Source: a virus
Virus record (IMG/VR): IMGVR_UViG_3300034102_001457
Coordinates: 1-64,000 of that record
DNA length: 64,000 nucleotides
Strand: one strand, 5' to 3'
A program made the position numbers and the translations under genes. Shown piece by piece: positions 6,276 to 14,317 of the stretch. Every line of letters starts with the position of its first letter. Position 1 is the stretch's first letter. Below the pieces are notes generated by a model. The model saw only the letters and a program-made list of their open reading frames with translations, was not told the DNA's origin and did no database searches.

Positions 6276-6992
6276 ATGTATAATTTTGATGTATACGAAC
6301 TTCCAGGACCTACTGCAATTTTAGAACCTTTACCAACGAAAAGACAATGGGCTACAGATCTGCCTTATCCTCACGCATATAAATGTTTTCCAATGACCCT
6401 TGCTAATCAAATGGGTTATGGCATATCTTTTCCAGATGATATCATTCTTGAGTGGGACGGAAACATGAATGTGTTGCCATCTAGCGTTAAAGTAACTTCA
6501 GGACATAAATGGGTTAATATGGATAGAGGTTGGGGCACTGTTAGCTTTAACACAGGACTAGTATTTAAAACAGATGAAGATGTAAGTATGCTTTCATACC
6601 CAGTGCCAAACCTATTCGTAGAAGGATTTCAACTTTTTACAACACTGATATCTACTTCTTTCTTTGAAAGCCCTTGGCAAGTTGCAGGACAAATTACAAG
6701 ATCAAATTATAAGATAGTTCTACCAGCAAGAACTCCAGTATCTGCTGTTATGCCAATATCGCTTGGTCAGCTAAATGATTCTGTAGCAACCAAAAAGCCA
6801 TTTGAAGAATTAGAGTATAATAAGAATACAGGATATGAGTATCATAAATATAATGCTATGATGCAAAAGCTAGGCAAGACTACTGGTAATTACAGAAATG
6901 GTGTAAACCATAAAGGTGTAGTTTACGGTAAACATGAAGTTAAATCTATTAAGTTGAGGTATGATAATGGTAACTTACCACTGGATGAATAG
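6276..6992 (+). CDS. DUF6065-like protein
   Basis: HAYKCFPMTLANQMGY motif. Confidence 0.7.
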   Translation: MYNFDVYELPGPTAILEPLPTKRQWATDLPYPHAYKCFPMTLANQMGYGISFPDDIILEWDGNMNVLPSSVKVTSGHKWVNMDRGWGTVSFNTGLVFKTDEDVSMLSYPVPNLFVEGFQLFTTLISTSFFESPWQVAGQITRSNYKIVLPARTPVSAVMPISLGQLNDSVATKKPFEELEYNKNTGYEYHKYNAMMQKLGKTTGNYRNGVNHKGVVYGKHEVKSIKLRYDNGNLPLDE

Positions 6993-7800
6993 AGCTGACG
7001 CAGCTTTAAGTATATTTACAATGAAAAGAATGTTTGCTCATAAAGAAAAGTTTGGGTATGACTCAATTCTTTTAACATCTAAAGGTAGCAACTCTGATAA
7101 CTGGATAAAAGCTGCTCACATTGTAGATCCCAGTAAAAAAATTAAATTTATGATAGCAGTTAGACCATATCAGCAGACTGCTCAAATTGTAAATCAAATG
7201 GCAGCAGCATTTGCTGAAATTGCTCCACATAGATTAATGCTTAATGTTGTTTCTGGAGAAATGGGTGGAAACGAAATTGGTCTTATCCCAGAAGGAAGCT
7301 ATGAAGTAAATACTGACATAACTACTCCACTGGGAAGACTTGAGTTTATTCCTGAATGGATGGAAAGACTTTCTAAAACATATGTAATGGGAAGAAAACC
7401 AATTATTCTACTAGGAACAAGAAATAAAGATGTAATCCTTAAGGCTGCTAAATATGCAGATATTGGGCTAGTAATGCTAGATGATTTTTTGGCAGATCCT
7501 GATCTATTTTTGTCAAATTATAAGAGGGTAATGGTTAGTGCTCAAATTGTTATAAGAAATACATATGAAGAAGCTCACTATGAATTAGAAAATAGTTTTT
7601 CTACACATATAAGAATCAAGAGATGGGCTATATATGGAAGTAGAGAAGATATAAAGAAAAAGTTATTAGAATTAGAAGCAATGGGAGTAACTGATATTTT
7701 ACTTAGCAACGGTACAGATGTTGTTAGTCAATCAGATGGTCCTGTAGATGAATTAGTTTGGGAAATAATTCAGGAAAGAAAAAATAAAGTAGTTGACTAA
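6961..7800 (+). CDS. Luciferase-like (LLM-class, SsuD-like) flavin-dependent monooxygenase
   Basis: GYDSILL, KFMIAVRP and RLMLNVVSG motifs. Confidence 0.8.
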   Translation: MIMVTYHWMNRADAALSIFTMKRMFAHKEKFGYDSILLTSKGSNSDNWIKAAHIVDPSKKIKFMIAVRPYQQTAQIVNQMAAAFAEIAPHRLMLNVVSGEMGGNEIGLIPEGSYEVNTDITTPLGRLEFIPEWMERLSKTYVMGRKPIILLGTRNKDVILKAAKYADIGLVMLDDFLADPDLFLSNYKRVMVSAQIVIRNTYEEAHYELENSFSTHIRIKRWAIYGSREDIKKKLLELEAMGVTDILLSNGTDVVSQSDGPVDELVWEIIQERKNKVVD

Positions 7801-7882
7801 GATATAAAAAAGCGGGATAGGCTAAGAAGCATTCTTTGCTACAATTAAGCCATAATGATCTATATCTCAGGCATTATCTAGC

Positions 7883-8164
7883 ATGAAGAGTGAAAAGCTC
7901 TCTATAGCCAAACAGAAGGCTCATTTGGCGCAATACATTAGAGACCTTAAAGAAGCATCCCCTTGTATGGACTGTAAGGAATATTATCCATACTATGTCA
8001 TGGACTTTGACCACGTACGTGGTAAGAAGCATGCAAATGTTATGGAACTTATTCCTACTCTGGATAAAAAGAAGATTGATTTAGAAATCGCTAAATGTGA
8101 AATAGTATGTTCTAATTGTCATCGTATTAGGACTCATATGAGACGTATAGCTAAAATTAAGTAG
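7883..8164 (+). CDS. HNH-like protein
   Basis: CMDC...MDFDH...CSNCHRIRT. Confidence 0.8.
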   Translation: MKSEKLSIAKQKAHLAQYIRDLKEASPCMDCKEYYPYYVMDFDHVRGKKHANVMELIPTLDKKKIDLEIAKCEIVCSNCHRIRTHMRRIAKIK

Positions 8165-8192
8165 CTCTTCTTCCGCCGACGCACTTTCGCTG

Positions 8193-8324
8193 CTATCTTC
8201 TAAATATAAACCAAAGCTTAAATCTAATAGACTGGATAATTCTCTCTATTTTCTGCTCGACTTTAATATCCTTCTGATTGTAGCTTTTAGGACTATTACT
8301 TAGATTAAAGAAGTGTCTGGGCAT
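8193..8324 (-). CDS. Hypothetical 43-aa protein (MPRHFF...)
   Basis: Translated by hand. Confidence 0.45.
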   Translation of the reverse strand: MPRHFFNLSNSPKSYNQKDIKVEQKIERIIQSIRFKLWFIFRR

Positions 8325-8367
8325 ATAATAATTATATCTTATATTTGTATAAGGCTTCTAGTTCCGC

Positions 8368-8403
8368 CGCACTTTTTCGGGCGCACTTTTCAATTCGCAC
8401 TTT
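8368..8403. repeat. Three CGCACTTT direct repeats with 14-bp period (fourth copy at 8180-8187)
   Basis: Copies start at 8368, 8382 and 8396. Confidence 0.85.
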
Positions 8404-8423
8404 ATTTAGTATAATAGAATTAT

Positions 8424-8496
8424 TGGACCATAGCTCAGTTGGCAGAGCGGGAAGCTGTTAACTTCTAGGTCCCTGGTTCGAGTCCAGGTGGTCCAG
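8424..8496 (+). tRNA. tRNA-Asn(GTT)
   Basis: TGGACCA/TGGTCCA acceptor stem; GGAAG-CTGTTAA-CTTCT anticodon arm; TTCGAGT T-loop. Confidence 0.95.
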
Positions 8497-8500
8497 CGAT

Positions 8501-8574
8501 GCGAGTGTTACATAATGGTAGTGTCTCTGCCTTCCAAGCAGATAGTGCCAGTTCGATTCTGGTCACTCGCTCCA
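8501..8574 (+). tRNA. tRNA-Gly(TCC)
   Basis: GCGAGTG/CACTCGC acceptor stem; TCTGC-CTTCCAA-GCAGA; encoded CCA. Confidence 0.95.
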
Positions 8575-8575
8575 T

Positions 8576-8647
8576 ATCTCTATAGCTCAGCGGAAGAGCA
8601 ACAGGTTTCTACCCTGTGTGTCGGGAGTTCGAATCTCTCTAGGGATA
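8576..8647 (+). tRNA. tRNA-Arg(TCT)
   Basis: ATCTCTA/TAGGGAT acceptor stem; ACAGG-TTTCTAC-CCTGT; GGA in the D-loop (A20). Confidence 0.9.
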
Positions 8648-8650
8648 CAA

Positions 8651-8750
8651 AGAAAAAACCCCAATCAGAGGCGGATCCGATTGGGGTTTTCTAGTGTATT
8701 GCTACACGTTATACTGGGAGCTTAATCTGTGGGATGCTACAACCAGTACT
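8651..8750 (-). ncRNA. Candidate ~100-nt structured sRNA
   Basis: Own promoter TTGACA-17-TATACT (8756-8784); no ORF; internal stems; ends in a U-tailed hairpin. Confidence 0.55.
8655..8690. terminator. Bidirectional intrinsic terminator
   Basis: AAAACCCCAATC ... GATTGGGGTTTT. Confidence 0.8.
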
Positions 8751-8788
8751 TATGAAGTATAAAATAGCTTAAATTATATGTCAAGGGT

Positions 8789-8989
8789 TTATTCCCAGAG
8801 AAGTTTCTTTCCTGGATCAAATAGCCACTCTTCTTCTTTGTACTTGTTGTCTTCTGTCATTTCGTAGAGTATATCCATAAGTACTTTGCAGTCTTCATGT
8901 TTCCAGGTTAAGTTACACCTGCCATCTTTTACATTTAAGCACTTATTTAAATAAGACTCTACAACATTAATGCTTTGAGGGCTATGCAT
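8789..8989 (-). CDS. Hypothetical protein
   Basis: ORF track; start trimmed to MHSPQ. Confidence 0.6.
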   Translation of the reverse strand: MHSPQSINVVESYLNKCLNVKDGRCNLTWKHEDCKVLMDILYEMTEDNKYKEEEWLFDPGKKLLWE

Positions 8990-9194
8990 TGTCTTCTTGT
9001 TCTCCAGGGCTAAATGATGGGGCAGGGCCCAATAGGTATCCCTGATCATGATATTCAACCATCTTAGATACATCTTCTGGGCCAACTAGCTTATTAGCAA
9101 TAAGTGTTAAAAGGTCATATATTCTATGTAGCATAATATAATTAACCATAGGCAGGTTATCTTCTAAATTTTGTGGCTTTTCATCCTCGATCAT
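8982..9194 (-). CDS. Hypothetical protein
   Basis: ORF track. Confidence 0.7.
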   Translation of the reverse strand: MIEDEKPQNLEDNLPMVNYIMLHRIYDLLTLIANKLVGPEDVSKMVEYHDQGYLLGPAPSFSPGEQEDNA

Positions 9195-9268
9195 TTGGTC
9201 GTCCTAAATCTTCCCAAAACTTTTCTCGACCCATTTGGTCTGTTTCTATTATTTGTCCGCCATCGGTA

Positions 9269-9475
9269 TTAATTTGAATCGACGGCTCTTTTGAGTCTTT
9301 CATACATCTCCAGCCCAATATTGTTTTTATACTGACAAGATAAGCAGTATAGATAAATTATACCCTCATTTGTTTCGTTGCACATTAAAGGGCCCTGATC
9401 CATGGGACATTCAAGTCTAGGAACAAGGCCCTTCTCTGCGAGTTGAAGGTACTTAGACACGTACTGTATCTTCAT
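9269..9475 (-). CDS. Zn-ribbon-like protein
   Basis: CPMD...CLSC. Confidence 0.7.
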   Translation of the reverse strand: MKIQYVSKYLQLAEKGLVPRLECPMDQGPLMCNETNEGIIYLYCLSCQYKNNIGLEMYERLKRAVDSN

Positions 9476-9487
9476 GTACCTTCCTCT

Positions 9488-10045
9488 CTAATCTTTGAAT
9501 TCGGTTAGGAACTCTTTGTATCTTGCCCCATTCAGGGAAGACCACGATGACCAATCATTACCGCCTTTAGTCATATAATACGTTATCTCTGCATTTATTA
9601 CGGGGTCAAACAATAAAATGTTTGACCTTAGATCAAATTTTTCTTTACGATCAATGCCGAGTTCACCCAACATATTAATCTGAAAAATTCCGTAGGAACT
9701 GTCTCCAGTTTTCCTGTTACCATTGTAAGCCAGAGGTCTTGAATTAGACTCTGCCTTAGCAATAGCCCAAGCCTGTTTAAGGGCTTTTCCTTCAAAACCA
9801 ACAGCTGATAGGAGTTCTTTTAGTTCTCCGTCTGTTAGCATCTCAGAAGGCTTGTACACAGTAGTGCTGTACTTCTCTAAGGTTTCTTTCTTTAGTTGTA
9901 CTGTTGATTTAGGTGTTTCCACCTGCAATGCTTGTGTAATTGTTGGTCCAGGCTGGACAGTAAATAAAAATAATGTTATCATTCCTATATACGACCAGTT
10001 ATGAGCAACATCACTCAAGCGCTGTTTTATATTCTCCATTGGCAT
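9488..10045 (-). CDS. Lysozyme-like/lytic transglycosylase protein with N-terminal hydrophobic anchor
   Basis: AIAKAES...SYGIFQIN...DWSSW. Confidence 0.85.
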   Translation of the reverse strand: MPMENIKQRLSDVAHNWSYIGMITLFLFTVQPGPTITQALQVETPKSTVQLKKETLEKYSTTVYKPSEMLTDGELKELLSAVGFEGKALKQAWAIAKAESNSRPLAYNGNRKTGDSSYGIFQINMLGELGIDRKEKFDLRSNILLFDPVINAEITYYMTKGGNDWSSWSSLNGARYKEFLTEFKD

Positions 10046-10125
10046 TTCCTCCTTTAGAGATAACGAACTATAATAATAACATTACTTGATAGTAGCTGTC
10101 AAGTTAGTCAACCAGAAAGAAATAC

Positions 10126-11121
10126 ATGAACATATCTCTTTATACGCCAAGATCAGGATTAAATCCTGCTGTAGGCTTTGGATATGCTTCACAACATATA
10201 GTTAAATCATTACAACAATTAGGTCATACCGTAACTTGGTCAAATCCAAAAGCTCCAGTACAAATAAACTTTACTCAACCTCATTTATATAAATTACATA
10301 AGGGGCAATATCAAATTGGATATACTCCCTGGGAGTCTACTGGGATGCGACCAGACTGGGTAGATAGATTTAATTTATGCGACGAAGTTTGGGCAACATC
10401 AACTTGGAACTCAGAAGTATTTAAAGAAAACGGCGTTAATAAAGATATAAAGGTTTATCCTCATGGTATCGAAGATGTTTGGAAACCAAGGCGAAGAGTT
10501 GTTAAAGATGTCTTTAAATTTTTGCATATTGGAGAGCCTTCTCCCAGAAAAGACGGGCAATTAGTTTTAGATACTTTTATTAAAATGTTTGGCAATGATC
10601 CAAAATATCATTTAACCATTAAAGCTCATTTAACAACTTCAATTAGAATTTATGATAAAGTTGGAAACCTTGTTTCTCCATCATCTGTTTATAATAACAT
10701 TACTATAATTACAGACGAATATAACATAAATGAATTGGTAAGCCTTTATCATAGACACCACGTTCTTATCTATCCTACTTGGGGAGAAGGCTTTGGATTT
10801 ATTCCGCTACAGGCACTTGCATCAGGCATGCCAACAATAACAACTTATCCATGGGCGGAGTATAAAGAGTTTATCGGACCCCTTGCATTAAAGTCTAGAC
10901 TTACAGATGAGACTCTTCCAAAAGCAGTAGGTGATCCGCATATTGGTAAAATGTTTAAACCAGATGCAAAACATTTAGAGGATTTAATGTATGATTCAGT
11001 TATAAACTTTAAAGCATATTCAGGTTACTATTTTGCTCAGTCGACTAGGATACATGAAAAGTATAACTGGATTAAGTTGACCAAGAATGCTTTTAGCGAT
11101 TTAGATAAAAAATTTTCTTAG
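10126..11121 (+). CDS. GT4-family glycosyltransferase
   Basis: RKDG and GEGFGFIPLQALASGMP motifs. Confidence 0.9.
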   Translation: MNISLYTPRSGLNPAVGFGYASQHIVKSLQQLGHTVTWSNPKAPVQINFTQPHLYKLHKGQYQIGYTPWESTGMRPDWVDRFNLCDEVWATSTWNSEVFKENGVNKDIKVYPHGIEDVWKPRRRVVKDVFKFLHIGEPSPRKDGQLVLDTFIKMFGNDPKYHLTIKAHLTTSIRIYDKVGNLVSPSSVYNNITIITDEYNINELVSLYHRHHVLIYPTWGEGFGFIPLQALASGMPTITTYPWAEYKEFIGPLALKSRLTDETLPKAVGDPHIGKMFKPDAKHLEDLMYDSVINFKAYSGYYFAQSTRIHEKYNWIKLTKNAFSDLDKKFS

Positions 11122-11209
11122 CCCTTCCCCTTTTAATTAAACTTTGGTAGAATTGAGCTTCAACTAAAAAATCATATACCGCAAGGCGGAGAAAAGGTGT
11201 CATTTAAAA

Positions 11210-13144
11210 ATGTCAAAAACTATTGAAAACCCATACGAAAACTTTATTGCTTTATCTAGATATGCACGATGGATTCCAGAGGATAACCGTCGTGAGACAT
11301 GGGGAGAGACAGTAGATAGATACTTTGATTTTATGCTGAATCACCTTTTTAAAGAATACTCATATGAGCCAGAATCAAAACTAGTTGAAGAACTAAAGTC
11401 TGCTGTGTTCAATAGAAATGTAATGCCATCAATGAGATCCGTAATGACTGCAGGTGCTGCCCTAGACAGAGATAATGTTGCAGGATACAATTGTTCATTT
11501 GTACCAGTAGACAATCCAAGATCATTTGATGAAACAATGTATATTCTTATGTGTGGCACAGGTGTTGGCTTTTCTGTTGAGTACAAGTATGTTAATAAAC
11601 TTCCCGCAGTGCCAGAATCATTTGAAAAGTCTGATACAGTAATAGTTGTAGAAGATTCTAAGCAAGGTTGGGCAAAGTCATACCGTGAACTACTTGCATT
11701 GCTTTGGTCTGGACAAATTCCAGCAATTGATGTATCTAAAGTTCGTCCCGCAGGCGCAAGACTTAAAACAATGGGTGGCAGATCATCTGGTCCACAACCA
11801 TTAGTTAATTTATTTGATTTTACTATTGCAAAGTTTAAGTCAGCAGCAGGACGCCAGTTAAAGCCTATTGAAGCGCATGACATTATGTGCAAGATTGGCG
11901 AAGTAGTTGTAGTCGGAGGAGTTCGTCGCTCAGCAATGATTTCTCTTTCTAATATTAATGATATTGAAATGGCTGCAGCAAAGTCTGGTAATTGGTGGGA
12001 GAATAACACACAACGTGCATTATCAAATAATTCTGTTGCGTATTCACGCAAGCCAGATATGGAGCAGTTTATTGCAGAATGGAAATCTTTGTATGACTCA
12101 AAGTCAGGAGAACGAGGTATATACAACGTGGCCGCAGCTCAGGCCCAAGCAGCCAAGTATGGAAGAAGAGATCCAGATATTCACTACGGAACTAACCCGT
12201 GCTCAGAGATTATTCTACGTCCTTACCAGTTTTGTAATCTTTCAGAAGTCGTATTACGTGAAAATGATACAAAGAAAGATATCGAACGTAAGGTTCAATT
12301 AGCTACAATCCTTGGAACATGGCAGTCTACTCTTACAGACTTTAAGTACCTACGTAAAATCTGGAAAGATAACACAGAAGAAGAGCGTCTGCTAGGAGTA
12401 TCTTTAACTGGACAATTTGGACATAAGTTTATGTCAGGCAAAGAAGATTTGGTTTCCCTAGAAGAATTCTTGATGACTCTTAGAGAATCAGCAAGAGCAA
12501 AGAATAAAGATGAGGCTGGGAAAATTGGGATTCCTGAGTCTGCCGCTATTACTTGTGTAAAGCCATCTGGAACAGTATCTCAATTGGTCGGGGTATCTTC
12601 AGGAATGCATGCATGGCATTCTCCATATTACATTCGTACAGTACGTGGTTCAAAGGGAGATCCTATTTCTACATTTTTGAAAGAAGTTGGAATTCCAGTA
12701 GAAGACGACGTAATGAAGCCAAACGAGACTTACGTATTTTCGTTTCCAGTAAAGGCACCAGAAGGTGCAATTGTTAGAAATGATTTAACAGCTATCGAAC
12801 ACCTAAACATTTGGTTAGTTTATCAACGTGCATGGTGTGAGCATAAGCCATCTATTACAGTTTCTGTAAAAGAAGATGAGTGGATGGAAGTTGGAGCATG
12901 GGTCTATAAGCATTTTGACGAAGTCTCTGGAATTTCATTCCTGCCACATTCTGACCACTCATACAAGCAGGCTCCATACCAAGAAGTTAGCAAAGAAGAT
13001 TACGAGGCACTTGTTGCAAAGATGCCAAAAGAAATTCGCTGGGAAGATTTGTCTTTTTATGAAACAGAGGATGGAACTTCTACAAATGCTACGCTTGCCT
13101 GCAGTTCAGACGGTAATTGCGAGCTTGTAGACATTTCTGCCTAA
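11210..13144 (+). CDS. nrdJ: Class II (adenosylcobalamin-dependent) ribonucleotide reductase
   Basis: YNCSF, GGVRRSA, NPCSEI, KPSGT and a C-terminal Cys pair; no beta-subunit gene adjacent. Confidence 0.93.
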   Translation: MSKTIENPYENFIALSRYARWIPEDNRRETWGETVDRYFDFMLNHLFKEYSYEPESKLVEELKSAVFNRNVMPSMRSVMTAGAALDRDNVAGYNCSFVPVDNPRSFDETMYILMCGTGVGFSVEYKYVNKLPAVPESFEKSDTVIVVEDSKQGWAKSYRELLALLWSGQIPAIDVSKVRPAGARLKTMGGRSSGPQPLVNLFDFTIAKFKSAAGRQLKPIEAHDIMCKIGEVVVVGGVRRSAMISLSNINDIEMAAAKSGNWWENNTQRALSNNSVAYSRKPDMEQFIAEWKSLYDSKSGERGIYNVAAAQAQAAKYGRRDPDIHYGTNPCSEIILRPYQFCNLSEVVLRENDTKKDIERKVQLATILGTWQSTLTDFKYLRKIWKDNTEEERLLGVSLTGQFGHKFMSGKEDLVSLEEFLMTLRESARAKNKDEAGKIGIPESAAITCVKPSGTVSQLVGVSSGMHAWHSPYYIRTVRGSKGDPISTFLKEVGIPVEDDVMKPNETYVFSFPVKAPEGAIVRNDLTAIEHLNIWLVYQRAWCEHKPSITVSVKEDEWMEVGAWVYKHFDEVSGISFLPHSDHSYKQAPYQEVSKEDYEALVAKMPKEIRWEDLSFYETEDGTSTNATLACSSDGNCELVDISA

Positions 13145-13214
13145 ACGGTATATAATAAATATTGGGGGAAACCCCAAAATTCCTGGGCACAATGCCCAGA
13201 AATAGGAGGATCTA

Positions 13215-13439
13215 ATGAAACAAGATCTAAACAATGATGGAAAGGTAACCATGCAAGAGAAAATTCTAGCAGCGTTAGCAAGTTATGGTCGTCACTTTTT
13301 GGGTGCAGCCATTGCTCTTTACATGACTGGAAATACTGACCCAGGAGACTTAATCAAGGGTGGTATTGCGGCTTGTCTACCAGTTATTTTGAAGGCACTT
13401 AATCCAAATGAAAGCTCATTTGGCTTTACAAAGAAGTAA
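13215..13439 (+). CDS. Holin-like small membrane protein
   Basis: Two hydrophobic segments and an LNPN...FG tail; AGGAGG RBS. Confidence 0.55.
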   Translation: MKQDLNNDGKVTMQEKILAALASYGRHFLGAAIALYMTGNTDPGDLIKGGIAACLPVILKALNPNESSFGFTKK

Positions 13440-13507
13440 AATTAAGAAAGTAATTAGGACGGCTCCTGTGCTAAAATAAGCATAGGAGTCTTCCTATTAG
13501 GAGAGAA

Positions 13508-13855
13508 ATGTCAGCCCAAAAAAACTTTCAAGTTGATCAAAACACAACCTTCAGGTTTGTTGTTGAATATAAAGATAGCCAAGACAATCCTATTAATCTG
13601 ACTGGATCTTCTGCAAAAATGCAGGTAAGAGATGGAACATCTGCTTCTAAGCTAGCAGCAACTCTAACATCACCATTGGGTGGAATTGTGATAGACCCTC
13701 TTCTGGGCAAGATAACAGTCACGATGACGCCAACTCAAACAAATAAATTATTTTATCCAAAGTCTGCTTACGATTTAATCTTGGTAGACAGCAATTCAAA
13801 CAGAATAAAAATTATTGAGGGATTTTTAACCCTTAATAAAACGGTGACCATCTAA
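13508..13855 (+). CDS. Virion accessory protein (BppU-like beta domain)
   Basis: INLTG..AKMQVR...YDL motifs. Confidence 0.6.
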   Translation: MSAQKNFQVDQNTTFRFVVEYKDSQDNPINLTGSSAKMQVRDGTSASKLAATLTSPLGGIVIDPLLGKITVTMTPTQTNKLFYPKSAYDLILVDSNSNRIKIIEGFLTLNKTVTI

Positions 13856-14304
13856 TGCCAACTAATAATAGTAATAACATCGTAGTAACCGAAGAAGTTC
13901 ACAAGGTCGTAGTTCCTAATGTTGGAATTCAAGGACCTAGAGGAAAGAGCATACTCAACGGTCTTGGAGAGCCCGCAGCCAATTTTGGTGTCGAAGGAGA
14001 TTTCTACTACGACAAAAATACAACAAGATTCTATGGCCCAAAGCCAAACGATCTTTCTTGGGCGGGAGCAACAAATTACCTTTTAAGCACAGCAACCCTA
14101 ACTTACCCATTTTCAATAAGTCAGGTCATAGATCAAGGATCTTATTGGGCGCTTGAAATAACTCACAACATGGGATACAACCCAAATGTCACTGTTAAAA
14201 ATAGCGCAGGAGACATATTAGAAACAGGAATAGACTATAATAGTAACATGAAGATTACGCTGACAATGGCTCAACCATTCGGCGGGACAGCATACCTGTC
14301 TTAA
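13855..14304 (+). CDS. Fibre-associated structural protein
   Basis: GIQGPRG, GDFYYD and THNMG motifs. Confidence 0.6.
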   Translation: MPTNNSNNIVVTEEVHKVVVPNVGIQGPRGKSILNGLGEPAANFGVEGDFYYDKNTTRFYGPKPNDLSWAGATNYLLSTATLTYPFSISQVIDQGSYWALEITHNMGYNPNVTVKNSAGDILETGIDYNSNMKITLTMAQPFGGTAYLS

Positions 14305-14317
14305 AGGAGAATAGAAA

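Noticed and set aside
8601-8617. Possible amber-suppressor (CTA) reading of the third tRNA
   Set aside because: The ACAGG/CCTGT stem centres TCT in a 7-nt loop and the D-loop has the Arg identity A20. TAG is also used as a normal stop in this window.
11161-11210. Cobalamin riboswitch or NrdR box upstream of nrdJ
   Set aside because: The leader is only ~50 nt with one small hairpin; no B12 box or NrdR consensus is seen.
11341-12126. 261-aa antisense ORF in nrdJ and similar antisense ORFs in structural genes
   Set aside because: These are shadow ORFs from codon bias, with no RBS or recognisable motifs.
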